A stretch of 39,350 nucleotides of DNA from Welwitschia mirabilis (Eukaryota), in the NCBI GenBank assembly GCA_051453625.1, contig JBOZIK010000001.1, positions 41,405,467 to 41,444,816 of the forward strand, read 5' to 3'. This document shows, in pieces, positions 1 through 13,915 of this stretch (positions within the stretch are counted from its first letter, which is position 1; every line of letters starts with the position of its first letter). The notes below the pieces were generated by a model. That model was not told the DNA's origin, ran no database searches, and saw only the letters and a list, made by a program, of their open reading frames with translations. Both the position numbers and the translations under genes were made by a program.

Positions 1-691
1 TATCAAATTCTCAAAATCAAAATGATCGATTTAGAAATTCCATTAATGAATTATGAAAATATGAAAATCTTATTAATGATCTTTAACAAACTATGCTTGG
101 AAATCAATGACCATAATAATTCCTCATAATACAACCTTCACCATATCCTAATGAATTAAGAGAATATTATAATGTTATGACAAGAAATGAAAATGAAATA
201 ACACCTCATACCCATAAGGCTTTAACTTCTTAAAATGATAAGAATGATGAAGAAAAAGAGGATATTAAAATCTTAGATAATCATACTTTCCCTTCTTCTT
301 TAAGTGATAAGCTTAAAAATAAAAATTCTTTTCAAGATAAAGGTAAAAAACCTACTACCCCTTGGCTTAATAAATTAAATATCAATCCTACTTTGATGAT
401 TATATTAAAGCCTTAATACAAGATGTAAGAATAAATTTACCATTTTATAAACTCTTGCAAGAAAATCCTAAATATTTTAAATTGTGAAAAGACATAATTA
501 GAAAGAAATAAAAATATATTATAATTAGTAAAGTATTCCTAGCCTAATCTCTACCAACTTAGTTTTGTAAAAATATTTAAAATTTAAGGATCCAGGGGCA
601 GCAATAGTTCATGTCACATTAGAAGAAAATAAAAGAATAAAGAAAGCCTTAATCAATATAGGATCAAGTGTAAACATTATGCTTTTATACA
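1..691 (+). pseudogene. Gypsy gag C-terminus / aspartic protease N-half (degenerate)
   Basis: Translates as KFKDPGAAIVHVTL...IRKALINIGSSVNIMLLY, matching the ALxDLGxSVNxMP protease motif. Colinear with the second copy at ~23600-24120. Confidence 0.85.
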
Positions 692-1976
692 TGAAACATG
701 GATTGATCCTAGAGGGGGGGTGAATAGGTCATTATAAAATATTCATCCACCTTGAATACCTACAAATAAAAAGCAAATACATCACCAAAAGATCATAGAA
801 TGCTTTAATGGTGGATGGTCATTATCCTTTAGCTCTTAGACACCAAGTCTCTAGCTAGAATAAATTAATCTCAATGGTTAGTTTTTATGCTTGCTAAAAA
901 CCTATACAATTACTAGTGTATTTTGGGCATAATCACAATCACAGAAGAATGGATTTTACCTAGATGTACAAATGCACAGTTATGATCCATAGGTACAAAT
1001 GCAAAGCAAGCTCTTATAGACTATGTAATAAGAAGAACGAAAGCACAAGAGAAATCCAATCTTACAATCTTTTAAGCATAGTTCATACAGAACATGTAAC
1101 AGTGATAATGTATTTTGTATATCAAAATCTATCACATTCATTGATAAAAAGAAGGTCTTTAAATAGAGTAGTTAAAGATAGCCATTCAAAATGCCTAAAT
1201 GATTGTTAAAAATTGGTTCTACCTATTTTTGGTAAATTGTGAAAATGCAATGGCTATATTTAAAACATGTTGGATTAACCTCACAAGAATCTTGGTGCCC
1301 TAGTATTTGTTTCCCTTTAATAAATATTAGATTTCCCTTGATCAGTTTAGTTTAGTTTTTGATAGTCTACTTATTTGTTCATCCTTATGGAATCATTAGA
1401 TCACCTGTTTCTATTTCAGTTTTAACATTATTACTTCTAAACATTTAGTTATCCTAATAAAGAAAAGGGATTGACCTTATATAAGGTCACCAAAACTTTA
1501 ATGATTTGGTTAACCTCTTTTTGTCTATTTGCAGCTAGAAATTAGTCACCAGTGCATGTGTCATTAATTGCCATTACTATTAGTTAATTTGAAAATTTTT
1601 GAAAGAGATTTGGTCGCTCTTTAACATTAGTGGTCATTCAGCCACTTATTCCTTACTATATATTAGGTTTAGTCATGTAGTCACTCCACCTATGATAAAA
1701 GGTCACCCACATTGGAACCAGTCTCTAGCTAGCTAGTAGTTCGGTTACCTCATCTTGAAAACACATTCATTTGAGCCTAAAGCAATTTAATCTTACTGAC
1801 AATCCAGTTACTTGGGTTTTACCTTCTGATATTCCTCATGTTACTCAGTGTATGCTCATATGTCTGTTTAATCACCCATATATCTAGAGTGGTTGCCCAG
1901 TTCTAGAAAATCTCTACAAAATAACTATCTCAATAAAAACTCGTTAATTGATTAATGATAATAGGTTCTTTTAACA
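692..1976 (-). repeat. 3' LTR of the Sirevirus
   Basis: Begins TGAAAC and ends TTAACA on the + strand. Aligns end to end with 8807-10086. Confidence 0.92.
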
Positions 1977-1991
1977 AACTCGTCCTTTGTC
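1977..1991 (-). other. Degenerate polypurine tract of the Sirevirus
   Basis: - strand reads GACAAAGGACGAGTT|TGTTAA immediately before the 3' LTR, resembling the canonical AAAGGGGGAGATT PPT. Confidence 0.65.
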
Positions 1992-2329
1992 ATTGATTAA
2001 GAAAAATAATATTTTAAATTGCATGCTCATCTTTAATTAAATAATTTGGTAACCAATTCATATTATCATGAGTTTTCCTAGAGAAATAGAGGTATAAATG
2101 GTTTAGTCAAAAAACATTTCCATTTTCATAAAGAAAACATGATTTCCATTAACCAAAAGATGTGAAACATTGATACATCCAAAGAAGTATAATCTAGTCA
2201 TTAAATTTTATAAAATATATTTGACAAGCACATATTTCTTTTCCATTTTGATGAAATCAAGGAGAGGGAGTATAAAAAGAAAAAGAGACAACAAAAATCA
2301 TTTAGAATCAAAAGATTTTTTTAAAAACT

Positions 2330-3250
2330 AGTCACCCTTGCTCTGAGAAGTATTAGCTATAGGAGTACCACTAGCAATGAGTGTAGCCTTACTGTGCCAA
2401 GTGAGAGAGTCAAGGCAGTGCAACAGGTGAAGAACTCTACAATATAAAAGGCCTTGATCTTAAGCCTAGAAGAAGCAGCAGGTTCCTCAAAGATGTGCAT
2501 CCTAGATAGCATGGCATGATCAATAGGTCTCATGGGCTTCTGAACCTCATACCAAAAAAGATTCAGAATGCTAAAGTGACAACAAATTCAAGTAATAATA
2601 AATGGATATGATAACAGATACATCTTATAAAGCTAAAACTGGTTAACCATGTGTTTGAGCATAATGCTAGGAGCATTGATATTGCATATTCAATTCAATG
2701 AATAAAGAAGGAACACTTGGTAGTTGAAGATTTCATCTTTATGCTTGGGAACAGGAAGGAAATTATATGAAAGAATTAAATGTAAAAGATGAAACTTGCA
2801 AAGAAGTTAAGAAGCTTTAAGATTCTTTTTCCAGGTAATGAATATGCCACACACATGCTGAGTGGCAGCTTTCTTCTCTTTGAAAGATTCAGCTGTGGGC
2901 CAATATTCTCTCATATTCCCTTAAGGCAACCTAGTAAGGGAAGCTATTAGATCAGTAATGATGTGTATCTCATAGACAAAAATAAATGTAATGACTGTGG
3001 AATAAGTAGCATCAAAATAGGCATTTGAGTAAAATAACCTGGTGACCAAGGAATAGCATGTTCTTAAGATATGAAGAAAGTAACTCTAGTTTACCTTCTT
3101 AAGTAGGGTCTAGACTTTAATCAGACTAAGGAACTACACAGGTTTACAGGAACTTTTAATGGCAATGGAACTAGACTAAAAATTCATCTCATAGTGCTCT
3201 ATTTGCTCTAATCTCGTTCTTGTAAAAATGTAATTATAAGGTTTGATAGC
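2330..3250 (-). pseudogene. Sirevirus env-like / extra ORF remnant
   Basis: Manual translation gives CYSLVTRLFYSNAYF...EIHIITDLIASLTRLP and FHLLHLILSYNFLPVPKHKDEIFNYQVFLLYSL...INAPSIMLKHM, motifs typical of plant retroelement env-like ORFs. Lies between pol and the 3' LTR; many stops. Boundaries approximate. Confidence 0.65.
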
Positions 3251-3889
3251 AGACTCCTTTCTTTACTTTCTGAAATCCTCTCCAGACTATTAAAAAGCCA
3301 TTTAAAGACCCAATTCAAAGTTAAAAAGCTTGATAGAGGAAAAGAGTGGGCCACAGGAGCTAGAGAAAATGATAACCTTGAATAGAACAAATGAGGATTT
3401 GAAAAGAACATGCAAATTTAAAAACCATTGCATACCACCTTAAACTTAGGTGACCAAATAAATGGTCGGTCAATCCATGTGAGGTTTTAAAAATTAAATA
3501 GTAATGTGGTAGTTGACCATATACAAAATGTAGTCAACCTTATAAGAAGAAAATTTGATAGAAAAAACTGAGCTAATGTTGATCAACCCTAAGAAAAAAA
3601 GTGGTCGACCAGATTTAATAATAAGCTTAAAGAGGTTGACCTGATATGTAGGATTGATCAATCCATTAAAAAGAAAGTTAACAAGAAAAACTAAGATAAA
3701 TGAGGTTGACTTGATTAAGAAGGCTGATTGACCCAAAGTGAAGAGAAGTTTAAAAAGAAAAACTGAAAGACAAAAGGTCATCCCATAATACTAATAAGGT
3801 CGATTAGGGTTCATAGGAATATAATAAGGAAAGTTTTAAATCCACTAGTGGAACTCTAATTTTCAGCTAAGGCTAGGTTTTATAGGTCT

Positions 3890-6800
3890 TTCTTAGACAT
3901 GATACACAGAAAGTAATGAAGTACAGCAAAACAATCAGACAATAAAGATTTTGTAGAAATATCTACCAATTGATCTTAAGTACAAACATATTAAAATATG
4001 ATAATTTTCTTCTCTACCAAGTCTCAGATAAAATGATACCTGAGATTAATGTATTTTTTGTAAGTGTGTTGAACTATATTATGTATAATTTGAATAGCAC
4101 TGGAGTTTTCACATAGAATAATAACTTTAGAGATGGCTAGGCCATAGTCTTTTAAAGTTTCTTTCATCCATAGCATCTGAATGCAGTGAGTTCCAATAGC
4201 TATGTGCTCAGCTTCTGTTATAGATAGAGATATGGAACATTACTTCTTGTTGTACCTAGTGATAAAATTATCAAAGAAAAAAGCATTCACCACTTATGTT
4301 CTTTTGATCACCTTTTCATCCAACCCAGTCCACATCACTATAACCTATTAAACTTAGAGAAGTATTACTTAAATATCATAGATTAAAATCAAGAGTACTT
4401 TAACATAGTAAAGTATCCTCTTTGTAGTAGATAAATATGATTCTTTTGATTTACTTTGATACTTGGCACATAAACTAACACTCAGTGCTATGTAAGGATG
4501 ACTAGCTATTAGATACAATAGACTTTCAATAATTCTATGGTATATCTTTTGAACCACATCCTTTCTTTCTTCATCAAGAGAAAGTTTGACATTAATAGCC
4601 ATTAGAGAGTCCATACTTTTGGCATTTTTAAGTCTAAATTTTTTGATGAGATCTAAAGAGTATTTCTTCTAATTTATGAAGATACCATTTTTATGTTGTT
4701 GGATTTGAATATCTAAAAATATGTCAACTAGTCTAATCATACTCATTTTGAACTCAAATCTTATTAGAGTTATAAAATCATTTGATAAGCTTTCATTTGT
4801 TAATCTAAAAAATAATGTCATCTACATATATTTGAACANNNNNNNNNNNNNNNNNNNNNNNNNNNNNNNNNNNNNNNNNNNNNNNNNNNNNNNNNNNNNN
4901 NNNNNNNNNNNNNNNNNACAAGAAAAGTTTCTCATACCAAGCTCAAGGATATTGTTTTAACCCATACAAATCCTTGTTAAGTTTGTAGACATATTTTGGT
5001 TTTTGAGGATCAGAAAAGCCTTGTGGTTGTTTTACATAAATGTCTTTCTCAATGTGACCATCTAGAAAAGTACTCTTTACATCCATCTAAAAAACTTTGA
5101 ATTTTTTATAATAAGAAAAAGATAGAAACATTCTTATATACTCAAGTCTAATAGTAGGAGCAAAAGTGTCATCACAATCTACTCCTTATATTTGAGAGTA
5201 CACTTCAGCTACAAGCCTATCTTTCTTCTTAGTAATCTCATGTTTTTCATTTACTTTATTTCTAAAAATCCATTTTATGCTTATATCATTTTTTTCAGCT
5301 AGATTAGGAATAAGATACCACACCTAATTTTGAGAGAATTATTTAAGTTCTTCTTTCATTACATTTATTCAACATGGATCAGATTTAGCCTCCTTAAAAA
5401 TTCTTAGTTTCATCTAAGATAATAGAGAAATATAGGCATTAAAATCCTTAAGAGAGTTTCTAGTAACTATACCTTATTTCACATTTCCAATGATTGAATC
5501 CAAAGGATGATTCTTAGGCTCTTTAATTTCTGGTGCTAGGTTATCTTTTGAAACATCTCTATTTTAGTAAAAAGAAGAAAGAACTACATCATCATCTAGT
5601 TTAGAGGATTTTGTTGAATCAGGTACATCATGAATTTTAACATTCATAGATTCTTCCATATAAAAAATGTGTTTGTTAAACATTTTATAAGCTCTACTTA
5701 ATTAAGAGTATCCTAAGAAGATTCTTTTATTAGATTTAGAATAAAATTTAACCAGAGCCTCTCAATCTCTTAGGATGAAGCACTTACTTCCAAAGGTTTT
5801 CAAATAGGATATATTGGGCTTCTTCTCTTTCTAGAGTTTGTAAGGAGCTATGGAAATACCTAGTCGCAAATAAACTCTATTTGAAATATGATAAGCTGTG
5901 TTTACTACTTTAAATCAAAATCATTTTGACATATCTTTATCATTTAGCATAACTCTTGTCATGTCTAATAAAGTATGATTTTTTCTTTTAGCTATTCCAT
6001 TTTGTTGAGGAGTCTTTAGGGCTCAAAATTCATGGTCAATTCCATTTGAGTTGCAATAATATTCAAATATTTAATTCTTGAATTCTCTGTCATAATTACT
6101 ACAAATTTTCTTAATGACATACTGCTTTTTAGTTTGGAGTTTTTTGTAAATTCTAACAAAGTTGTCATAAGCATCGGACTTTGCATGAAGAAAGACTATT
6201 GGGGAAAATCTAGAAAAATCATCAACCATGACTAAAAAATATCTTTTTCCAGATAAGCTTATTGTTTGAATAGGGTAATCAAATCCATGTGAATTAAATC
6301 TAAAGGCTTGCTAATATTAATATCACTTATTCCTTTATGAGAAGCTTTGGTTTATTCCCCTCTTAGGCAAGCATTACATAAGTCTTTATGAGTAATAGAA
6401 AGTTTTAGAAGATCTCTTACAATCTTAACACAACATATTTTCTNNNNNNNNNNNNNNNNNNNNNNNNNNNNNNNNNNNNNNNNNNNNNNNNNNNNNNNNN
6501 NNNNNNNNNNNNNNNNNNNNNNNNNNNNNNNNNNNNNNNNNNNACCCAAGAGAATCTAGAAAAATCATCAACCATGACTAAAAAATATCTTTTTTTAGAT
6601 AATCTTATCATTTAAATAGGGCCAACCAAATTTATATGAATTAAACCTAAAGGCTTGCTAGTATTGATATTACTTATTTCTTTATGAGAAGCTCTAGTTT
6701 GTTTTCCTTTTTGACAAGCATCACATAAGCCTTTGTAAATAATAGAAAGTTTTGGAATACCTCTTACAATCTCACTATGATATATTTTCTTTAAATTTTT

Positions 6801-8742
6801 AAAGCTAATGTGATCTAACTTTTAATGCCAAAGAACATTCTCTTGAACATGAAAAGAAAAATAGAATTGCTTAACTAATTTACATAATAAACATTTTCAT
6901 GTCTTTTTGCTACTAATAATAGCTGATTAATCTTATCATGTTTGATTGTATACTTATTTTTATTAAAAGACACTTTATAACCTTTATTACATATTTGATT
7001 AATACTTAATAGATTATGCTTTAAACCATTTTAAAATAATACATCATGAATATTTGGTAAATTACCTTCACCATTGCTTCCAATTCCTTCAATGTGGGGT
7101 TTTTTATTATTACTAACTGTTACTTCTCCTCCATTACATTTCTTGAATTTATAAAGTTGGACTTGTTACCTATCATATGTCTAGAATAACCACCATTAAG
7201 ATACCAACAAAAATGATTAGTTGCCTTTAAAGCCATTTGAATTAATAGGCTTTTATTTGAAGATTCTGGAATCCACTTCATGCATTTGTTTTTTATTGTA
7301 TTTTGATTGGATATTGCAGAAAACGTAAATTTAGAACCTAGTATGGAATGGGGAAACCATTTTTTATGAAAAATACAATCAATCTTTGAATGTCTCTTAC
7401 TGTTATAATAATGATAGATAATATTTACTAATGAGTATTTGAAATTTTCTTTATTTAAGGGTTTGAGTGAAGAGATATTATTTGATAAAATGTACAAGAA
7501 TCTTTTAGAACCTTTATTAATCAAAGTTTCTTTAGATAGAGTTGATTTTGATTCAAGTTTGTTTTTTTTTAAAGTATAATCTCCCTTTGTCTATCTCCTA
7601 ATTTTACCAAGAGTATTTTGTTTTATTTCTTTAGATTGTTAACTCTAAGGACTATATTTTGCCATTCCATATATAGTTCTACTTTTATTTCAGTAAGCAT
7701 ATCTTCATTATCAAAGAAATTAACAGTAGGTTTGAAGCATACCTTTTCATCCACAATAGCCATGAGAGAGATTCTACCTCTTTTTGAATTTGAATTTGAT
7801 TCACTTTCACTTTCTTCGTAATTCCATGTTGCTGACATAACATTCCTTCCTTTTCTTTTATCATTCTTTTTATTTTTAAGCAGACATTAGGTGTGTAACT
7901 AAAATGTTTACAAGAATAGCATTGGATGTCTCATCGTCCTTCTTCTTTTCTTCTTGGTAATCTTCTGGATTAACCTCCATTTTGTCTTTTTTGCATAAAG
8001 CATCTAAATCTTTTAGCTAGAAGAGTTACTTCATCCTCACTTTCCAATTCTTAGTCATATCTTTCTTTGATATTGATATTTTCATAAGCAACTGTCAATA
8101 CTGTACTTTTCTTTTCTGTTTTCCAAATTTTAGTTTAAACATGCAAAGATTTCCTTGGAGATCATCCATATTCATGATATTCAGCTTCTTGCTTTCTTTG
8201 ATGGTAGTTACTTTAGACTTAAATCTCTTAAGAAGGGATTTTAATTCCTTGTGTACTACTCTTAACTCTTAGATGAGTTCATCTAGGCCACACATAGAAT
8301 TAATAATATCTCTTATTTTTATAAAAAAATCATTTATACCTTCATCCTCTTCCATTTTAAGATCTTTGAACTGAGTAATAAGCATTTGAAGCTTAACCTA
8401 ATTCACTAGGCTTATTCCTTCATAAACGATCTGCAAAATATCCCATGCTTCCTTAGTTGTAGTAAAATTTACTAGTTATTGAAAAATTCCAGACCTACGA
8501 CACAGAAGATTGCATTCAAACCTTTGAAGTTACATGATGTTATCATCTTTCTGTTAGGTATCCACTTGTATTTACTATTTAAAGATGTTATCTTGGTTAT
8601 CGGATCTTGCACACTAAAAAGGCAGTAGTCATTAGTAATAGATTCCCATATTTTAAGGTCTATTCTCCTTCCAATAATTATAGTTGGTTTAATCAAAGAA
8701 GGGAGGCCTTATAGTAGAATTTCCTTTTGATAGATAACTCAT
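3890..8742 (-). pseudogene. Copia gag-pol polyprotein (gag, protease, integrase, RT, RNase H), heavily disrupted
   Basis: ATG at 8742 followed by a STIRPPFFD-like gag start. Protease WYLNGGYSRHMIG (~7170-7208). Integrase RYFLVMVDDFSRFSW. RT IIESLLYLIASHPYIALSVSLCAKYQ. RNase H end DQLVDISTKSL. Confidence 0.9.
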
Positions 8743-8792
8743 TTTTTAGGATAGATGGAGTAGAGATCTATTAGGATCTATTGCTCAATCTC

Positions 8793-8804
8793 GTTCTGAT
8801 ATCA
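8793..8804 (-). other. Primer binding site (tRNA-iMet), degenerate
   Basis: - strand TGATATCAGAAC versus canonical TGGTATCAGAGC, 2 nt inside the 5' LTR boundary. Confidence 0.85.
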
Positions 8805-8806
8805 AT

Positions 8807-10086
8807 TAAAACATAGATCGACCCTAGAGTGAGGTGAATAGGCTATTATAAAATATTCATCCACCTTGAAGACCTATAAATAAAAAGCGAATACACTACC
8901 AAAAATTCACATGATGTTTTAATCATGGATAGTTACCACCCTTCAACTCTTAGACACCAAGTCTCTAGCTAGCATAGATTAACCTCAATGATTAATTTTC
9001 AGACTCACCAAAAACTTGTATAATTACCAATGGATTTTGGAACTAATCCACAACCACAGAAGAATGGATTTAAGCTAGATGCACAAATGCATAGTTATGA
9101 ACCATATGTACAAATGCAAAGTAAGCTCTGATAAGTTAGATAAGAAGAAGATATAAAATGTAAGAGAAATCTGATCTTATAATCTTTTAAGCACAATGCA
9201 TACAGAACATGTAACAGTGATAGATGTTTTTTATATATCAAAAGCTATGATCTTCATTGAAAATAAAGGTCTTTAAATAGAGCAATTAAAGATAGCCATT
9301 CAAAGGGCAAAAATGGCTATTGCAAATTGGTTTTGCCTATTTCTGATAAATTGTGAAAGTGTACCAGCTATATTATAAATGGATTGATTTGACCTCACAA
9401 GAATCTTGGTCATCCTAGTATTCATTTGCCTTTAACAAAATATTAGGTTGCCCTTAATTGATTCAATTTTTGATAATCTGCTTATTCAATCACCCTTATG
9501 GAACCATTAGGTTTTTTGTTCCTATTTTAGTTTTAATAGTATTACTACTAAACTTCGGTCACCTTCACAAAGAAAAGGGGTTAACCTTATATGACGTTAC
9601 CCAAACTTTAACAGTTCAATCAACCTTTTAATGGCTATTTCTTGCATATAAATCAATCTCCTATGCATGTGTCATTAATCATCCTTACTATTAGTTAATT
9701 TGAAAATTTCCAAAAGAGGTTCAGTCACCCTTGTCATTAGTAGTCGATTGCCCACTTATTTCTTAGTCTGTACTAGCTTTAATCATGTGGTTGTTCCACC
9801 TGTGATATAAGGTCACCCATGTTGAAACTGGCGTCTAGCTGACTAGTAGTTTAGTTGCCCCATCTTGAAAACACAATTGTCTGACCCTAAAGCAGTTTGA
9901 TATTACTGATAGTCCGGTCACCCAGGTTTTGCCTTTTGGCCACCCTCATATTACTCAATATATATTCATATGTTTGTTTGATCACCTGTGTATCTGGAGC
10001 AGTCGTTAAGTTCTAGAAAATCTCTGCAAAATAACTATATCCACAAAAACTCATTAATTAATCAATGACAATAGGTTTTTTCAATA
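8807..10086 (-). repeat. 5' LTR of the Sirevirus
   Basis: Homologous to 692-1976. Both terminal dinucleotides have decayed (TG>TA, CA>TA). Followed by TSD ATACA. Confidence 0.92.
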
Positions 10087-11447
10087 ATACATTTGTTAAC
10101 AACTTGGTTTAGAAAGTAGAATTAAGCCTACATCTATTATCTTAGAATTGGTAAATACATTAGTAAGAAACCTTTAGGAATAATAAAAGATTTGGGAATT
10201 TTAATTAATGAAGCTTTCTATCCAATAGATGTGGTTGTAATTGAAGTTGAACATAATAAAGATTATCCCTACTTCTAGGTAGATAATTTTGTGTAATAGC
10301 CTATTGTATTATTAATACAAAAACTGGAATGATGGAATGTCACTTAGGAAATAAAAAGTTTACCCTTAGAGTTTTTGATGCTACTAAAAAAAATCCTAGG
10401 TAATGAGTTCAATATTGAAGGAGAAATTAAGCCAACACTATTTTAATAACATCATCCACTTAAAGAAAGATGGTTAATGTTTTATGAGCTTATCTTATTT
10501 GATAATCCACTTAAAGTAAAAACTTAAAAGCTTTAAAAGATTATCAACTTAACTATGAGCATTTAGATACTAACTATTTTGATTAAAAGACTAAAATAAC
10601 TAAAACTACAATCTATGAAGAAGCACAACATCTAAAAACAACTAAAATTTCATATTTTTATGGAGGTCATTCGTCCTAATCATTCAAATGAGGTTCTGAG
10701 ATGACAGTCAACTTTGATTAAAAAATTAACAAAAACTAAAAATTTGAATTTAAATTTGAAACCTTTACTGAGTGGATTAAAATATATCTTTTTATGTGAT
10801 GATCAAAATAAATCATTGATACTAAATAAGAATCTTTTTCCTTAAAAAGAACCAATTTTAATCTCACTTTTGAATTCTAAGGTAAATGCATTTTTTTGGA
10901 ACCATAAAGATTTAACAGCCATTCCAACTTTCACTATTTAACATAAAATTCACCTTGAAAATAGTATAAAACCTATTAGTTAACTCCAATGTAGACTAAA
11001 TCTAGCCCTTCAACAAGTCATAAAGGATGAAATTATTAAATTAATAAATGTTGGAATTAAGAAAGGTGGAAGTGGAGAATGTGTATTGATTTTAGAAAGA
11101 TAAACAAAGTAATGAAAATAGACCATTGTCCTTTACCTTGTCTTAACCAAATACTTGATAGAATCTAAACACATGTATTTTATTGCTTTCTTAATGGGTA
11201 TAGTGGTTATAATGAGGTTTGTATCACTAGTGAGGATCAAGCTAAAATAACTTTTACTTCACCTTTTAGAACTTTTGTCTTTAGATATATGTCTTTTATA
11301 CTTTGTAATGCTCTTGGCAATTTTCAATGTGTAATGATAAGTATCTTTCTTAATATGTTAGAGGATCAAATTTAAATTTTTATGGAAGACTTCTTAATCT
11401 ATGGTGGAAACTTTGAACAAATCTTACAAATGTTAGAGAAAGTCCTT
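10087..11447 (+). pseudogene. Gypsy protease C-half and reverse transcriptase N-part (degenerate)
   Basis: Continues YIC*QLGLESRIKPTSIILELVN from 691. RT motifs WRMCIDFRK, DHCPLPCLNQILDR, YCFLNGYSGYNEV, LCNALGNFQCVM and IFMEDFLIYG. Confidence 0.9.
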
Positions 11448-11745
11448 CACTATAAGAAATATAGAACTTTAAAGCATTTTTAAAATTCCTTAAAAGTCTA
11501 TAAAAAATGCCTTTAGGGCTTTTAAGGAATTTCATCAAAAAATGCCTTTCAAAGCATCACCTTAAAACCCTAGATGATTTTAAGGCATTTTTAAGGTGTT
11601 TAATAAAAATCCCTTAAAAGATCTTTTAAGGCATTTTTTGTAAAGACACCTGGCAAGCCTTTTAAGGCACTTTTTATAATAAATGCCTCAAAAGGCTTTT
11701 CAAGTGTTTATTCGTTTAACCAAATAAATACCTCAAGAGGTATCA
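11448..11745. repeat. CACTA TIR plus subterminal repeat array (putative TnpA binding sites)
   Basis: Many direct and inverted copies of TTTTAAGGCATTT / AAATGCCTTAAAA variants. Confidence 0.85.
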
Positions 11746-13449
11746 CTTAGGTAAAAAGAAAATTACCATATAAAATGGTGGTTTTCTTTGAAAGATATAT
11801 GTCATTCGCATTTGCAAAAGTCATTATGATTTCTTTACAAATGTGATATGCAAGAACATATATCAGAGGAATTATTTTTATAAATTCTTAAATCTTACAT
11901 ACCATTGATTCATCTCCATTTTCTCTAGTCCGCTTCTACTCCTAACAAGCCAAATCCTTCTGTTCTACCCACATTAGGCACATAGAAAATTTTCCATTAA
12001 AAAAATGCAAAAACTAAAATGTTTTATGGCCAAACAAAAGTGAGAAAAATGTAGGAAGAGCAAACCCAATAAATTCAAAATCTTTAAAATTAATGCAAAG
12101 GTGTGAAACCTATAAAATTATCAAAAATCATCATCATATGCCTGGCTATGGTCCTTCCTCATTTGCATGATCACTGCTCTACCTGTTGATCTAGCTGACA
12201 TCAGTAAGAAGGCCATGCCTTGAGATCCAAAGTCAAGTTGGGTGTACATAAATATTATTCTTTTTTTTTAAAAGTATCTAGCGAACCCCTCTTAATGTCA
12301 AATTCCTAAACGCATGAATTTAACACTAGAATTATTGGAACATGCCTCTAGCATAGCATGATAAGACTTGAGACAAATTTTTCAAAGGATATGAAAGACA
12401 TTATCAAGAATAATAAGGAGCTTTATGAAAGACAATAATAAGGGACCAAACTTAAAATGAAACTTGGGATAATAATTTGAAGACCACTGCAATAAGAGAG
12501 ACATCTCAAGCTTTAAATATATTCAGCATTCCAACCTACCTTTCATTAAAAGTTTATCTCCTTTTACTTGGTGATATTTCGTTGTGGCAATCTTCAGCTT
12601 TTTCATTTCCAAAGCAAGACAACTTCTGCTTTTAATGGTTCTTCATAGGCTTCCCCACTTAAAACTCTCGTTTAGTGCCTCTATGTTACTGCTTATACAA
12701 GATGCTTCACGTTAATCTATTGAGATTGCCTCGAAGTGTAACTTCCTTTCCTTGAATCCTCTATATCACGTGATGGATGAAGATCAATGAGATGAGGGCA
12801 AGATGATGCTGTAGCACTCCTTCAAAAAATCCATCACAAGAGTTTTGTTGTTCAATCAAGCGGGTTAGATGCTCTTCAATGCATCTTTCACTATAGAGAA
12901 CTTAAAAGAAGGATCATGAGATCAAATCTACCATTCAAAGATGAAAATCGCTCTACAACTCAATTTTTATAGAGTATTTTTTATTATGTTACAACAAGAT
13001 ATGTATTTGTTTGAGTTTTGAGAAAGTTTTAAGCCTCTAATCCAATCACTATTTTCAAGGATTCCTTACATGATAGCCATCGCTCCTTCTCCAGCAAATA
13101 ATAATAATATTCTTTTCAAATTGCGTATTTGGAAAAGGCATGCTGAGCCTCATAAATTATACAACCCAACAAGGGATAAGAAAGTGAAGTTATAGAATTT
13201 GAACAACACATCACTCATGTCATAAATACATATGTCATACATCTAAAGAGATATCCCATCAAATTTCAATCGATGATAATTTTTTTATGCTATCAGTCCA
13301 CTAACAAGATGTCTTTACAATACTTAAATGAAATAAATTAAATAAAAGAGATTAGTATGACAAACAATGGATACAAAATTGTCACTTATTGATAATATTA
13401 GCAAGATCCAAGAATAGTTCATTATAACTAAACACCTCTTTATTAGTGT

Positions 13450-13915
13450 TCAAATAGAAATCAAGTTACCCAATGGAAATCAAGCAATAATGCCACATCC
13501 CGCTGTTAGGTCAAATTGTCTTAGATACATGATTACTTCTGGAATTGGAAGATAGACATAGTGTGTGTTACAGATTCCCACTATAATACCACTGAAACCA
13601 GTAAAAGCTCCATAGACAGCATTTTGTCCAAGGACTTTGTAGACTATTCCATCAGATGTATTAGTGTGAATTGCATGTATCATGCAGGTAAGATCAATGT
13701 ACTTAACATCTGCAGGCATGCTAATTCACTTGAAGTGTTTCTTGGCCTGCTGCTAAAAGTGAATACTAATATCATTTAGAATAGGATTTCTTGAAGGATC
13801 TGTTGCGTTTTTTTTTTTTTTTTTTTCAAACAACTCCCATCCTGCTCCTTTGTTAACACAGATAACTACAAATCCTTTTGATCTTAATAAATTCTCAAAA
13901 TGCATTAGCAACCTC
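13450..13915 (-). pseudogene. PFK5: Captured fragment: C-terminal part of ATP-dependent 6-phosphofructokinase, PFK5-like
   Basis: LLMHFENLLRSKGFVVICVNKGAG...NATDPSRNPILNDI...ADVKYIDLTCMIHA...VLGQNAVYGAFTGFSGIIVGICNTHYVYLPIPEVI matches the plant PFK5 C-terminus (DVKYIDPTYMIRA...VLGQNAVHGAFAGFSGITVGICNTHYVYLPIPEVI). Has stops and frameshifts; no intron seen. Confidence 0.88.

Larger units (their letters stand above)
692..10086 (-). mobile_element. Sirevirus (SIRE/Maximus lineage Ty1/copia) LTR retrotransposon, full-length but degenerate
   Basis: Two homologous ~1.28 kb LTRs. TSD ATACA at 687-691 and 10087-10091. Degenerate Met PBS. Copia domain order gag-PR-INT-RT-RH on - strand, with an env-like region after pol. 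The LTR carries the Sirevirus C-rich terminal motif CTATTCACCCCCCCTCTAG (- strand, ~709-727). Confidence 0.92.

Noticed and set aside
7578-7592. PPT-like GACAAAGGGAGATT on the - strand inside the copia gag region
   Set aside because: No LTR follows it, and it lies in decayed coding sequence.
11460-11745. Repeated ~13-bp motif with variable spacers, superficially CRISPR-like (also 31735-32085)
   Set aside because: Units are short, irregularly spaced, in both orientations and adjacent to CACTA TIRs, so they are subterminal repeats. The context is eukaryotic and there are no cas genes.
12140-12235. - strand peptide SQGMAFLLMSARSTG, vaguely ClpP- or Rab-like
   Set aside because: Too short and no second motif supports it, so left unassigned.
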